Shown in pieces: positions 39,134 to 49,403 of a DNA stretch of 62,263 bases. Each line of letters starts with the position of its first letter. Positions within the stretch are counted from its first letter, which is position 1. The notes below the pieces were generated by a model. The model saw nothing but the letters and a program-made list of their open reading frames with translations, did not search any database and was not told the origin of the DNA. The DNA is from Kiritimatiellia bacterium (lineage in GTDB: Bacteria > Verrucomicrobiota > Kiritimatiellia > RFP12 > JAAYLN01), in NCBI GenBank assembly GCA_017509565.1, contig JAFWPM010000069.1, forward strand, positions 1-62,263. Direction: 5' to 3'. A program made the position numbers and the translations under genes.

Positions 39134-42085
39134 ATGAACGCACCCTTGTTCCTCGCGGTGGCGGCCCTTGCCGCCACCGCCCCCGTCGGCACGGCCGCCG
39201 AAGCCGCGCCTTCCACCTCCCAACTTGATGCTGCGGCCCTTCAGGCCGCAGCCGACGGTGGCCCTGCCACCGCCACCCCCGGATTCGGCGGCTCGCTGGT
39301 CCTCCCCGGCGCGACATTCGCGCTTGGGTTCGCGGAGCCCGGCTGGAAGGCCACGCACGGCGGCGTGGACGATGCGCGGCAAGGCCCCGGCGCCTTCCGC
39401 GTCCGCGTCTGCTCCGATCCCGTCTACGTCCGCGGAAGCGCCGCCTTCTCCGAAGCGCCCGGCGGCGGAGTGCGCGCCGAATGGAACGCCGCGGCCGACT
39501 CCGATGCGCGCGTGGGCGAGTTCTTCGTGTCGGCGAACTTCCCGGTGGCGGACTTCGGCGGCGGCCGGGCCGTCCTCGACGGCGGGGCGCGCGACGTCGC
39601 GCTGCCCGCCGGAATGGCCGACGAGCCTCATCTTTTCCGGGGCAAGGTGTCGGCCCTGTCCCTCTTCGGCCGCGACGGCGCGGAACGCCTCGCCGTCGCC
39701 TTCGACGCGCCGTCCGAAATCCTCCTTCAGGACAACCGCAAATGGGGGAACGAGACCTTCACCCTCCGGCTGTTCGCCGGGTGTGGCTCGACCCTTCGCG
39801 CCGGCGAACGGGCCGCGCTCGCCGCGACGTTCCGCACGCCCTCCGCCGGGCTTCTCGCGCTCGGCCCGAAGCGCACGTGGAAGGCGGAACCCGGTCCCGA
39901 CTGGACCCCCGTCGCGACGGAGCCCTGGATCGAGCCGGGCAGCGCCCTCGACTTCTCCGGCGTCGTTCCGCACCACGCGCCAGCCGGGAAGTTCGGCCGC
40001 GTTATCGCCGTGGGCGACCACTTCGAGTTCGAGGGTCTTCCCGGCGTCCCGCAGCGCTTCTACGGCGTGAACATCAACGGGGAAGCCAACACGCCCTCGA
40101 CCCCCGAGGCCGCCGAGCGCTTCGCCGCCAATCTCGCCCGCATGGGCTACAACGCGCTCCGCATCCACCACCACGGGCGCGCGCTGCTCTCGGAGCCGGG
40201 CCACATAAACGAACCGGACCGCTGCGCGGACGATACCCGGCCGGACCCTGCCGCCATGGACCGCTTCGACGCGCTCGTCGCCGCGTGCGTCCGGCACGGC
40301 ATCTACCTCACCACCGACCTCTGCGTTTCGCGCTCGCACTACGTCAAGTGGCGTTCGCTCGGCATCGACCGCGACGGCTACATCACGCGCATCCACGACT
40401 ACAAGGTCCTTTGCTCGTTCTGGGAACCCGCCTACTCCAACCTATGCGCCTGGTCGCGGAATTTCCTCTGCCACGTGAATCCCTACACCGGGCGCAGCCT
40501 CGCCGAGGAACCCGCCCTCTGCACCCTGGCGCTCATCAACGAGGGGAACCTCGGCAACCAAGGCTCCGGCGCCCTCCGTAAACTGCCCGGCGTCAAGGAG
40601 GCGTGGGAGGAGTGGCTTGCGGCGAAGTCAGGCGACCCGGCGTTCGCCGGAATCCCGCAGTCGTTCCCGGCTGACCTCTACGCCGATGACGGCGCCACGC
40701 CTGAGCGCCGCCACGCCGCCGCGTTCGCGCAGTTCCTCGCGGACCGCGAAATCCGCCTCTTCGACCGGCTCTCCGCCTTCGTCCGCGACGAACTGCGCTG
40801 CGCCGCGCCCCTTTCGAACCTGTCCTCGTGGTACGACCCCGTCCAGTACCAGCTTCCGCGCTCGCGCTTTGATTACGTGGACGGCCATTCCTACATCGAC
40901 CACCCTTCCTTTCTCGACGAGCAGTGGAAACTGCCCTCGCGCTGCCCGAACGCGAACCCCGTGGGCGGCGCCGCCGCCGGCGTGCCGCCAGTCGCCTACC
41001 GGCGTCTCCTGGAAAAGCCCTTCTGCATCACGGAATGGAACTACAGCGGCCCCGGCCGCTACCGGGGACTCGGCGGGATTGCATTCGGAACGCTGGGGGC
41101 GCTCCAGGACTGGTCCGGGATGTGGCGCTTCGCCTGGTGCCACGGCCGGGAAGGCGTGGAGTCTCCGGAAACGAAGCGCATGGGCTACTTCGACATGGCG
41201 GGCGATCCGCTTTCGCTCGCCGCTGAGCGCGCGGCGCTCTGCCTCTTCCTCCGGGCTGACCAGGCGCCGCTTGGCGCCGAAGCGCCGCTGGCCCTCGACG
41301 AAGCCGTCCTGCGCGACCCCGCCGCCGGCGCCCAAAAAATCGGCTCGCAAGTTCGCCTCGCCGATGCGTGGCGCAGCCGCGTGGGAACGGTCCTTGGCGG
41401 ACGGCGGCCGCCAGCCGCGCCCGCCGGGGACGGCTCCGTCCGCGTCGATCCGGCCGCAGGGACGTTCGTCATCGACACGCCCCGCACGGCCGGCGGCTTC
41501 GCCGAATCGGGCGTCCTCGATTGCGGCCCGCTGAGGTTCGAAATCGTCGAAAGTCAAAAAGTCGAAAGTCGGCACCCGGCTGGCGCTCGTCGGCCGCCGA
41601 ATGTCGAAAAATCGACAGCCGACATTCGGCAACCGACATCCGGAGACCTGCGACCTTCCGGGCTTTCAACCTTTCAACCTTTCAATCTTTCAACGGACTG
41701 TAGCGGCGGCGCAGTCGCCGCCACGGTCTGGGCCTCGTCGCTTGACGACGCTCCTATCGCAGAGTCTTCCCGCATCCTGGTGACGCACCTCACCGACGTG
41801 CAGAACTGCGGCATCGAATACGCCGACCCGGAGCTCACGACACTCCTGAAATGGGGAGGACTTCCGCACCTCATGCGCAACGGCGCGGCCGATGTCTCAA
41901 TCACGCTTGCGCCGGCGGGCGGCGGGGCGGAGCCGCCGGTCGTCTGGCGGCTTTCGCCTTCCGGACGCAGGCTTGGCCGCATTCCATCGCAGTTCGACTC
42001 CGGTTCCGGCATTCTCCGCTTCACCGCCCGCACCAACTACGATCCGGATGCGGCGACCTTCCTCTACGAAATCTGCAGGTCCTGA
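39134..42085 (+). CDS. Secreted clan GH-A (GH5-like) glycoside hydrolase
   Basis: Signal peptide; 'RFYGVN', 'GYNALRIHH', 'HVNPYTG', 'INE', 'ITEWN'. Confidence 0.75.
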   Translation: MNAPLFLAVAALAATAPVGTAAEAAPSTSQLDAAALQAAADGGPATATPGFGGSLVLPGATFALGFAEPGWKATHGGVDDARQGPGAFRVRVCSDPVYVRGSAAFSEAPGGGVRAEWNAAADSDARVGEFFVSANFPVADFGGGRAVLDGGARDVALPAGMADEPHLFRGKVSALSLFGRDGAERLAVAFDAPSEILLQDNRKWGNETFTLRLFAGCGSTLRAGERAALAATFRTPSAGLLALGPKRTWKAEPGPDWTPVATEPWIEPGSALDFSGVVPHHAPAGKFGRVIAVGDHFEFEGLPGVPQRFYGVNINGEANTPSTPEAAERFAANLARMGYNALRIHHHGRALLSEPGHINEPDRCADDTRPDPAAMDRFDALVAACVRHGIYLTTDLCVSRSHYVKWRSLGIDRDGYITRIHDYKVLCSFWEPAYSNLCAWSRNFLCHVNPYTGRSLAEEPALCTLALINEGNLGNQGSGALRKLPGVKEAWEEWLAAKSGDPAFAGIPQSFPADLYADDGATPERRHAAAFAQFLADREIRLFDRLSAFVRDELRCAAPLSNLSSWYDPVQYQLPRSRFDYVDGHSYIDHPSFLDEQWKLPSRCPNANPVGGAAAGVPPVAYRRLLEKPFCITEWNYSGPGRYRGLGGIAFGTLGALQDWSGMWRFAWCHGREGVESPETKRMGYFDMAGDPLSLAAERAALCLFLRADQAPLGAEAPLALDEAVLRDPAAGAQKIGSQVRLADAWRSRVGTVLGGRRPPAAPAGDGSVRVDPAAGTFVIDTPRTAGGFAESGVLDCGPLRFEIVESQKVESRHPAGARRPPNVEKSTADIRQPTSGDLRPSGLSTFQPFNLSTDCSGGAVAATVWASSLDDAPIAESSRILVTHLTDVQNCGIEYADPELTTLLKWGGLPHLMRNGAADVSITLAPAGGGAEPPVVWRLSPSGRRLGRIPSQFDSGSGILRFTARTNYDPDAATFLYEICRS
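41546..41694. repeat. Palindromic octamer-repeat element inserted in-frame in the GH gene
   Basis: GTCGAAAG-like left arm, central inverted repeat gccgaatgtcg/cgacattcggc, CTTTCAAC-like x4 right arm. Confidence 0.7.
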
Positions 42086-42104
42086 TTTTTCTCACGAAAC
42101 GACC

Positions 42105-43757
42105 ATGAAAAACTTCTCTCGCGCGCTTCTCGCAGGCACCCTCGCCGCCCTCGCCGCCGCAGCCGACCAGACCGCCGACCAGGCCGTCCCCGACGGCGCG
42201 GCAACGCAACGAATCGACGGCACAACGCTCGCCTGGTCGCTTCCCCCCACCGCCCGCATCGAGGGCGAGCGGCTGATCGTGGAAGTGCCGAAGGGCGACC
42301 CGGAGCGACTGGTGGAGGCGCACGCGCAGTGCACCGCGCAGCTCGACCTCTCGCCCTACCTCGCCGGTGGGCGCGGCCTGCATCTCTCCGTCCGCGTCCG
42401 CGCCAGCGACGTCACCAAGCCGGACTACCGCTGGAACGGCGTCAAGTGCATGTTCCGGTATGTTTCCGACGCGACCGGCCAGCTCGCCCACCCCGGCGCC
42501 GTGCTGCCGATCGGCTCGTTCGACTGGCGCACGGCCGACCTGCACCTGAATTTCCTCAACACCCAAGGTCTGCCAATCGACGGCAAGGCGACGCTCGTCC
42601 TCGGCCTCCAGGGCTGCTCGGGCCGCGCCGAGTTCGACCTTTCGTCGCTCTCCTTCGTCTCCGAGGACGTGGGCGTCCCGTTCGCCGAATACCGCGACTA
42701 CGTGGTGGAATACCCGGAGGGCGAAGGACCGGACGATCTCGGCCGCCGGCGCTGGCGCGGCTGCATGTCGCCCGGCGGGCGCTACACGACGGAGGAGGAC
42801 GTCGAAACCCTCCACCGGTGGGGCGCGACCCTCATCCGCTACCAGATCAACCGCAACTGGTGGAAGCTGGACGACAACCAGGACCTCGACGAATACGCGC
42901 GCTGGGTTGACTGGCGCCTCGACAACGTCGAAGACGTGCTGCGCTGGTGCGAAACGCGCGGCATGAAGGTCTGCATCGACCTACACGCCCTGCCGGGCGG
43001 CAAATGGGGCGAGCGCGAACGCGAGCCGCTGGAAATGAACATGTTCAGCGACGACCGCTACGCCGCCGCCTTCGTCGATACCTGGCGGCGCATCGCGACG
43101 CGCTTCAAGGGCCATCCCGCGCTCTACGGCTACGACCTCGTGAACGAGCCGACGCAGCGCCGTCCCCTCAAGCACAGCTTCTGGCAGCTCCAGCTCGATG
43201 CCGCGCGCGCCATCCGCGAAATCGACCCCGTGACGCCGATCGTCTTCGCGGGCAACAACGCCTCGCACGCCGACGACTTCCGCTACCTCGTGCCGATTCC
43301 GCTGAACAACGTCATCTACGAGGTGCACTGCTACCATCCGCACGCCTTCACGCACCAGGGCGTCTCCGGGAACGCGCGCTCCACGCCGGAAAAGCCGATC
43401 ACGTGGCCGGGCGTCGATCCGCGCACCGGCGAAGTCTGGAACAAGGACTGGCTGCGGAAAAAGCTCCAGCCCGTGCGCGACTTCCAGCTGCGGCACAAGG
43501 CCCGGATATTCGTGGGCGAATTCAGCGCGGCGGCCTGGGCGCTGGGGGCGGAGAACTACCTGCGCGACTGCATCGACCTCTTCGAGGAATACGGCTGGGA
43601 CTGGACATACCACGCCTTCCGCGAAGCGCCGTGCTGGGACGTGGAGCAGGAAGGCGAGACCAACCCCGAAATGCGGCCCGCGACCGAAGACACCCCGCGC
43701 AAGAAGGCCCTGCTTGAGGGGTTCCAGAGGACCCCGGCTTTGCAGCCGGGGCGCTGA
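42105..43757 (+). CDS. GH5 (cellulase family) glycoside hydrolase
   Basis: Signal peptide; 'IDLH', 'YDLVNEP', 'HCYHPHAFTHQG', 'FVGEFS', 'WTYHAFRE'. Confidence 0.88.
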   Translation: MKNFSRALLAGTLAALAAAADQTADQAVPDGAATQRIDGTTLAWSLPPTARIEGERLIVEVPKGDPERLVEAHAQCTAQLDLSPYLAGGRGLHLSVRVRASDVTKPDYRWNGVKCMFRYVSDATGQLAHPGAVLPIGSFDWRTADLHLNFLNTQGLPIDGKATLVLGLQGCSGRAEFDLSSLSFVSEDVGVPFAEYRDYVVEYPEGEGPDDLGRRRWRGCMSPGGRYTTEEDVETLHRWGATLIRYQINRNWWKLDDNQDLDEYARWVDWRLDNVEDVLRWCETRGMKVCIDLHALPGGKWGEREREPLEMNMFSDDRYAAAFVDTWRRIATRFKGHPALYGYDLVNEPTQRRPLKHSFWQLQLDAARAIREIDPVTPIVFAGNNASHADDFRYLVPIPLNNVIYEVHCYHPHAFTHQGVSGNARSTPEKPITWPGVDPRTGEVWNKDWLRKKLQPVRDFQLRHKARIFVGEFSAAAWALGAENYLRDCIDLFEEYGWDWTYHAFREAPCWDVEQEGETNPEMRPATEDTPRKKALLEGFQRTPALQPGR

Positions 43758-43823
43758 ACAGGAGACTCCGGCTTTGCAGCCGGGGCGCATGACATGAGGA
43801 CCCCGGCTTGGCAGCCGGGGCGC
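43727..43823. repeat. Three tandem REP-like palindromes
   Basis: ccccggct-ttgc-agccgggg at about 34-35 bp period between convergent genes. Confidence 0.85.
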
Positions 43824-43846
43824 AGGACAGGGGGCCACGCTTAAGG

Positions 43847-44233
43847 CTAGATGCTCAAATCGCCGACTATTTTCCAGGAGTCGGTGTCGCGGACAATTTG
43901 AAGGTGGCGGTTCGGGAGGTGGATGGCCAATTGGCGGGACAGGGCCGCGACGGCCTCGGCCTCGAATTCGCGGCGGAAATCCGGCGGGACGCTGTCCAGC
44001 GTCACGATCCTGAACGCCAGCGAGTAGCCTGGGCCGAACTTGGAGCCGAAGCCGGCGGAAAAGCCGGCCCCGAACTCGAACAGCCCGTCATACTGGCGGT
44101 TGACGGCGGTGCCGTGCGGCGGCCGCGCGGGATGGAGAGAAAAGCGGTCGCCGAACTTGGCCTCCATTTCGGCGTCGGCGGCCTCAAGCGCCCTGAAGAG
44201 CGCCTCCTCCATTTTCTCGGTGCGGACGTCCAC
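43847..44233 (-). CDS. Hypothetical protein
   Basis: 128 aa ORF with coding-like composition, starting right after the serC stop. Confidence 0.7.
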   Translation of the reverse strand: MDVRTEKMEEALFRALEAADAEMEAKFGDRFSLHPARPPHGTAVNRQYDGLFEFGAGFSAGFGSKFGPGYSLAFRIVTLDSVPPDFRREFEAEAVAALSRQLAIHLPNRHLQIVRDTDSWKIVGDLSI

Positions 44234-44234
44234 C

Positions 44235-45311
44235 TCAGCCGAATTTCTTTTCGAAGTCCTTCATGAAGGCGACGAGGGCGTCAACCCCCTCGGTCGGGAA
44301 GGCGTTGTAGATCGAGGCGCGGATGCCGCCGACGGAGCGGTGGCCCTTGAGGCCGTCGAGGCCGACCTTCTTCGCCTCGGACACGAACTGGGCTTCGAGG
44401 TCCTCGGTCGGGAGGCGCCATGTGACGTTCATGTCGGAGCGGAACTCCTTGAGGGCGGTGCCGCGGTAGAAGGAGCTGGCGTCGATGGCCGCGTAGAGCT
44501 TGGCGGCCTTCTCGACATTCCTGCGGTACATGTTCGCAAGGCCGAACTTCTTGAGCCAGCGGGTCGTGAGGGCGAGCATGTAGATGCTGTAGCAGGGCGG
44601 CGTGTTGTAGAGGGAGTCCTTGTCGATGAAGGTCGAGTACTTCAGCATCGTGGGCAGGGCCTTGTTGCCGGCGGCGGCGAAGTCCTTGCGGATGACGACG
44701 ACGGCCATTCCGGCGGGGCCAAGGTTCTTCTGGGCGCCTGCGTAGACCATTGCGAAGTCCCTGATGTCGAAGGGGCGGGAGAGGATGTCGGATGACATGT
44801 CGGCGACGAGCGGGGCCTCGGTTTTGGGGAGGTTCTTCCACTGTGCGCCGGAGATGGTCTCGTTGGAGGTGATGTGGGCGTAGACGGCGCCGGGGGTCCA
44901 CTTGCATTCGCCGTCGCGCGGCATGCGGGTTGGGATCTCCTTCTCGCAGTCGGCGGCGACGTTGACCTGGCCGACGAGGCGGGCCTGCTTGATGGCCTGG
45001 GCGCCCCAGTTGCCGGAGGCGACGTAGTCGGCGACCTTGCCCTCGCCGAGGAAGTTCATCGGGAGCATCGCGAACTGGAGGCTGGCGCCGCCCTGGACGA
45101 AGATCACATCATAGTCGTCGGTGAGGCCGAGGAGGTCGCGGAGGTTCTGCTTTGCCTCCTCGTGGATGGCCGCGTACACCTTGCCGCGGTGGGACATTTC
45201 CATGACGGACATTCCCGAACCCTTGTAGTCCACCATTTCGTCGCGGGCCTCCTCCAGGACTTCAAGGGGGAGGACTGCCGGGCCGGCGCTGAAGTTGTAG
45301 ATGCGAGACAT
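44235..45311 (-). CDS. serC: Phosphoserine aminotransferase
   Basis: 'YNFSAGPAVLP', 'EMSHR', 'QGGASLQF', 'YAGAQKNLGPAG', 'GHRSVGGIRASIYNA'. Confidence 0.97.
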   Translation of the reverse strand: MSRIYNFSAGPAVLPLEVLEEARDEMVDYKGSGMSVMEMSHRGKVYAAIHEEAKQNLRDLLGLTDDYDVIFVQGGASLQFAMLPMNFLGEGKVADYVASGNWGAQAIKQARLVGQVNVAADCEKEIPTRMPRDGECKWTPGAVYAHITSNETISGAQWKNLPKTEAPLVADMSSDILSRPFDIRDFAMVYAGAQKNLGPAGMAVVVIRKDFAAAGNKALPTMLKYSTFIDKDSLYNTPPCYSIYMLALTTRWLKKFGLANMYRRNVEKAAKLYAAIDASSFYRGTALKEFRSDMNVTWRLPTEDLEAQFVSEAKKVGLDGLKGHRSVGGIRASIYNAFPTEGVDALVAFMKDFEKKFG

Positions 45312-45378
45312 TTCTGTTCCTTGCGAATTATGGGTTGAAAATGAAAAGAAGCGGAAATACGGAATGGATAAAAGTATA

Positions 45379-46329
45379 TCAAATGCCGGCCCCCAGGTCA
45401 AAGACGAGGACGCGGGCCTTGCGGGAGGATGGGTCTATTTCGCTGCTGAGGACCTTTTCGCCGGGCGGTATGGAAGAAGTCACCCAGACGCTGGCGCCGA
45501 TGACGGCGCCGCGGCCGATGACGGTCTCGCCGCCAAGGACGGTGGCCCCCGCGTAGATCACGACGTCGTCCTCGACATCCGGGTGGCGCTTGAGTCCCTT
45601 GACGAGGGTGCCGTCGGCGTTTTTGGGGAAGGAGCGGGCGCCGAGGGTGACGCCCTGGTAGAGCTTGACATGGCGCCCGATGGTGCAGGTCTCGCCGATG
45701 ACGACGCCGGTGCCGTGGACGATGAAGAAGCCCGGTCCGATTGTCGCGCCCGGGTGGATGTCGATGCCGGTCTTCGAGTGGGCGTACTCGCTCATTGCGC
45801 GCGGGATGATCGGGACGCCCTGGGCGTAGAGGACATGGGCGATGCGGTGGACGGCGATGGCGAAGAAGCCCGGGTAGCTGAGTATGACTTCGGCCTTGGA
45901 CGTGGCGGCCGGGTCGCCCTCGTATCCGGCGATGGCGTCTTCGTCCAGCGTGGTGCGTATCGCTGGCAGTGCGTCGAACAGGGCGCCGACGGCGGCCCGG
46001 GCCCTGGCGCGGCATTCGGCGCGGTCGCCCTGGCCGGTCTCGGAGATGCGCCCGGCGTACTCGAACGCCCCGGATATCTGCGAGAAGAGCCGTCCGCCGA
46101 TTTCGCGAAGGACATTGCGCAGCGGCCTGGCGGCGTCGGTGCCGGCGTAGCCGGAGTCGGGGCCGTGGCAGCCGGGGTAGAGGACGCCCATCAGCATGTC
46201 GAGCGTTTCGACGATGGCGCGCTGGCCGGGGAGGCCGGATTCGCGGAGCGCCGTGGATTCAGGGCGCTCCGCGCATCCCGCGAGGGCGGCGCCGAGGGAG
46301 TCGAGCTTGTCTTCGAACCAGTCTTTCAT
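45379..46329 (-). CDS. cysE: Serine O-acetyltransferase (CysE/EpsC type)
   Basis: 'GDPAA', 'SYPG', 'HRIAH', '[11 protein letters not shown]', 'YQGVTLG', 'KRHP'. Confidence 0.9.
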   Translation of the reverse strand: MKDWFEDKLDSLGAALAGCAERPESTALRESGLPGQRAIVETLDMLMGVLYPGCHGPDSGYAGTDAARPLRNVLREIGGRLFSQISGAFEYAGRISETGQGDRAECRARARAAVGALFDALPAIRTTLDEDAIAGYEGDPAATSKAEVILSYPGFFAIAVHRIAHVLYAQGVPIIPRAMSEYAHSKTGIDIHPGATIGPGFFIVHGTGVVIGETCTIGRHVKLYQGVTLGARSFPKNADGTLVKGLKRHPDVEDDVVIYAGATVLGGETVIGRGAVIGASVWVTSSIPPGEKVLSSEIDPSSRKARVLVFDLGAGI

Positions 46330-48176
46330 TGGCCATCCGTCCCGGCGCGGCGCGCCACTTCGACCACCAGGTGCTCCGCCCCGACGTTCGGCCCGAGCAG
46401 GCGCGTGAGGACGCGCCCGGCGCGGGACTCCGACAGCGGCACTACGGCGCGGATCTCCATGCCGTTCTCGCGGCAGAGGTTCTCGAAGTCCCTCAGCGTG
46501 AACAGGTGGATGTTTGGAGTGTTGTACCATTCCAGCGGCAGATGCTCGTCAACGGGCATGTGCCCGTTGAAGAAAAGCTGTGAGCGCGTAGTGACGTATC
46601 CGAAGTTCGGGAAGGTCACGATCACGTTGCGGGCGATCCGCAGTCCCTCCTGGAGCACCTTCAGCGGGCGCTTCATGACCTGGATGGTCTCGCTGAGGAT
46701 TACGGTGTCGAAGGAGTCGTCCGGCACCAGGTAGAAGTTTTCGGAGTCGGTCGAGCCGCTGCCCGTGCGCATGTCGTCGAGAATGACGTCGTTGCCGCGG
46801 CCGAGCGCCTCAAGGACAGGGGCGAAGTCGATGTCGATGCCGACTCCGCGGACATGGCGCTGCTCCCGAAGGATGCGCAGAAGGCGTCCGCGAGCACACC
46901 CGATGTCGAGGACGCGGGCGTTTTCGGCGACCATTCCGGCGATGGCGGCGTATGCCTTCTCCTTTGCCGGTTCGAGGACGTCCGGGGCGATTTCGCGGGG
47001 CCGCCCGTTGGCCAGGAAGGCCCCGACGAGGGGCCAGAGCTGGTCGATGTGCGTCAGGAACGCGTCATGGCCGGCCGGGGCCTCCAGATTGAAGTAGGAG
47101 ACCGACTTGCCGAGGTCAAGCAGGGTCCTCGCCATTGTCTCGGACTGTTCCGGGTTGAAGAGCCAGTCGCCGGATAGCGAGGCGAGAAGGACCTTGCACC
47201 TGATGCGCGAGAATGCCTGGCGCAGCGACGAGTGGCGCTCTACGAGGTCGAACTCGTCCATTGCGCGGGTGATGTGGAGGTAGGAGTTGGCGTCGAAGCG
47301 CCTGACGAACTTCTGGGCCTGGTGGTCGAGGTAGCTTTCGATCTGGAAGGTCGTCCTGAAGTCGCGGCGGGCGTTTTGCAGGAACTCCTGGCCGCGGGCC
47401 TCAAGTTCGGGGCGCTTTTCGCGGCCGAACTTCACGTTCATCAGCTCGTCCGAAAGGTAGGTGATGTGCGCGATGCGGCGGGCCTGGCCGAGGCCGCCCT
47501 CCGGGGCGCTGTCCTTGCTGTAGTAGTCGCCGTGCTGCCAGGAGGGGTCGCGGGTGATGGCGCGGCGCCCTATGATGTCGAAGGCGAGGGCCTGGGCGCT
47601 GAGTGATGGCGCGGATGCGATTACGACGGCGTTCTCAAGGGTGTCCGGCGCCTCGGTCGCCCAGTCGAGGACCTGCATCCCGCCGAAGCTGCCGCCGACG
47701 GCCGCGAAGACCTTCGAAATCCCAAGCTGCTCCAGGAGCAGCAGGTGGACGCGCACGATGTCGCGGACGGTGATTTCAGGGAAGCGCGAGCCGTATGGTT
47801 CGCCGGTAGCGGGGTCGATCGAGCTGGGCCCGGTCGTCCCGCGGCACCCGCCAAGGATGTTGGCGCAGATGACGCAGTACCTGTCGGTGTCGATGCCGCG
47901 CCCGGAGCCGACCATGCCCTCCCACCAGCCATCGGGCTCAAGCCCCTCGGCGCTGGCGCCGGCGACGTGGGAGTCGCCGGTCAGGGCGTGGCAGATGAAC
48001 ACGACGTTGTCCCGCTCCTCGCGTTCCAGGCCGCACATTTCGTAGGCGACGGTTATGGCCGGGAGGACCCCCCCGTGCTCCAGGACGAAGCCGCCCTCAG
48101 GCAGGCGCAGCGCAAGCTGCCGCCGCTCGACGACGCCGACGGTTTTCCCAACGTATTTTTTGCTGACCTTGGCCAT
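46326..48176 (-). CDS. metX: Homoserine O-acetyltransferase fused to MetW
   Basis: 'HALTGDSH', 'GGSFGG', 'GHDAFL', then MetW 'RVLDIGC...[11 protein letters not shown]'. Confidence 0.92.
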   Translation of the reverse strand: MAKVSKKYVGKTVGVVERRQLALRLPEGGFVLEHGGVLPAITVAYEMCGLEREERDNVVFICHALTGDSHVAGASAEGLEPDGWWEGMVGSGRGIDTDRYCVICANILGGCRGTTGPSSIDPATGEPYGSRFPEITVRDIVRVHLLLLEQLGISKVFAAVGGSFGGMQVLDWATEAPDTLENAVVIASAPSLSAQALAFDIIGRRAITRDPSWQHGDYYSKDSAPEGGLGQARRIAHITYLSDELMNVKFGREKRPELEARGQEFLQNARRDFRTTFQIESYLDHQAQKFVRRFDANSYLHITRAMDEFDLVERHSSLRQAFSRIRCKVLLASLSGDWLFNPEQSETMARTLLDLGKSVSYFNLEAPAGHDAFLTHIDQLWPLVGAFLANGRPREIAPDVLEPAKEKAYAAIAGMVAENARVLDIGCARGRLLRILREQRHVRGVGIDIDFAPVLEALGRGNDVILDDMRTGSGSTDSENFYLVPDDSFDTVILSETIQVMKRPLKVLQEGLRIARNVIVTFPNFGYVTTRSQLFFNGHMPVDEHLPLEWYNTPNIHLFTLRDFENLCRENGMEIRAVVPLSESRAGRVLTRLLGPNVGAEHLVVEVARRAGTDGQ

Positions 48177-48228
48177 TTCCCCCTGGAATTCCAAATTCGG
48201 GCTCCAGCCCGCATTGCCCGCCCGGCGC

Positions 48229-48828
48229 TCAATCCGGTATGAAAAGGACCTGCCCGACCCGTATCGTGTCGTTGGGGAGGTTGTTGGCGTCGCGGATCGC
48301 CTTGACGGTGACGCCGTAGGCCTTTGCTATCGCGGAGAGCGTCTGGCCGGGTTCGACCTTGTGCTCGTAGCCGCTGAGCGACTTCGCGACGGTCGTCTTG
48401 GCCGTGTCGGCGGCGCGCTTCTGCTGCTCCTTGATGAGCGACTGGACATTGGAGACGATTTCGCCGCGCATCCGCTCCTGCGCCGCCTTCAGGTCGGCGA
48501 GTTCGGCGCGGAGGGCGTCGTTTTCGCGGCGGAGGGCGTCGATGTCGGCCAGCGAGGCGTATGACGGAACGGAGCGCGACGCCGCTTCGAGGCGTTCGAG
48601 GCGCATGTCGAGCTGGGCGAGGCGGGACTCGGCGTCGCGCGCGGCGGAGAGGGCGCTTCCGGCGTCCCTCTGGAGCTGGATGCGCTCCATCTGCTCGCGG
48701 ATGCGGGTCTGGTCGCGCTGTTCGCGCTCCTCCTGCCCGTAAGTCCCGAAGCCGCTGTACATCGTCCGGCATCCGGTTGCGGCCACGCAGGCGGCGACCG
48801 CGAAAATTGTCAACATCTCATTTTTCAT
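48229..48828 (-). CDS. LysM-domain coiled-coil lipoprotein
   Basis: Lipobox 'ATGC'; '[39 protein letters not shown]'. Confidence 0.9.
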   Translation of the reverse strand: MKNEMLTIFAVAACVAATGCRTMYSGFGTYGQEEREQRDQTRIREQMERIQLQRDAGSALSAARDAESRLAQLDMRLERLEAASRSVPSYASLADIDALRRENDALRAELADLKAAQERMRGEIVSNVQSLIKEQQKRAADTAKTTVAKSLSGYEHKVEPGQTLSAIAKAYGVTVKAIRDANNLPNDTIRVGQVLFIPD

Positions 48829-48886
48829 TCAAGAAATTATAGCATATTTGTGGTAAAATCATTACCAAACTCAAGGAGAAACAACC

Positions 48887-49360
48887 ATGGTAAAAACAAC
48901 ATTCACGGCGGCGGCGCTGATTGCCGCGATGGCGGCTTCGGCGTTCGTCGGGTGCCAGTCCTCGAACAGCGGTGTCGTCTTCGGGCATGACGAGGCGCTG
49001 CATGCGCAGTCGATCACCCTCGGCACGGTAACCGATGTCCGCGCGGGCGTCATCGCCGGCGAGGATTCGCCCATCGGCGCGATAGCCGGCGGCGTCGCCG
49101 GCGGCGTAATCGGCAACCTCTTCGGCGGCGGCAAGGGCAACGACGTCGCCAAGGTGGCGGGCGCCCTCGGCGGCGCGGCGGCCGGCGCGGCGATCGAGAA
49201 GAACGTCACGAAGAAGAACGGGCTCCAGATCACGGTCCAGCTCGACAACGGCCAGACGGTCGTCATCGTGCAGGAGGCGGACGTCATGTTCAGCGTCGGC
49301 CAGCGCGTCCGGGTGATTTCCCGCGGCGGGGTCGGCAAGGACCGCGTCCAGGCGCTCTAG
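48887..49360 (+). CDS. SlyB-like glycine-zipper outer membrane lipoprotein
   Basis: Lipobox 'FVGC'; 'GAIAGGVAGGVIG..GGGKG'; 'FSVGQRVRV'. Confidence 0.88.
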   Translation: MVKTTFTAAALIAAMAASAFVGCQSSNSGVVFGHDEALHAQSITLGTVTDVRAGVIAGEDSPIGAIAGGVAGGVIGNLFGGGKGNDVAKVAGALGGAAAGAAIEKNVTKKNGLQITVQLDNGQTVVIVQEADVMFSVGQRVRVISRGGVGKDRVQAL

Positions 49361-49403
49361 AGCCTGTGCGAAAAACCACACCCAAACCCATCCCGCCTTG
49401 CGC

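Noticed and set aside
43727-43823. CRISPR array
   Set aside because: Only about 7 nt between repeats, three units, and no cas genes; it fits REP-like palindromes.
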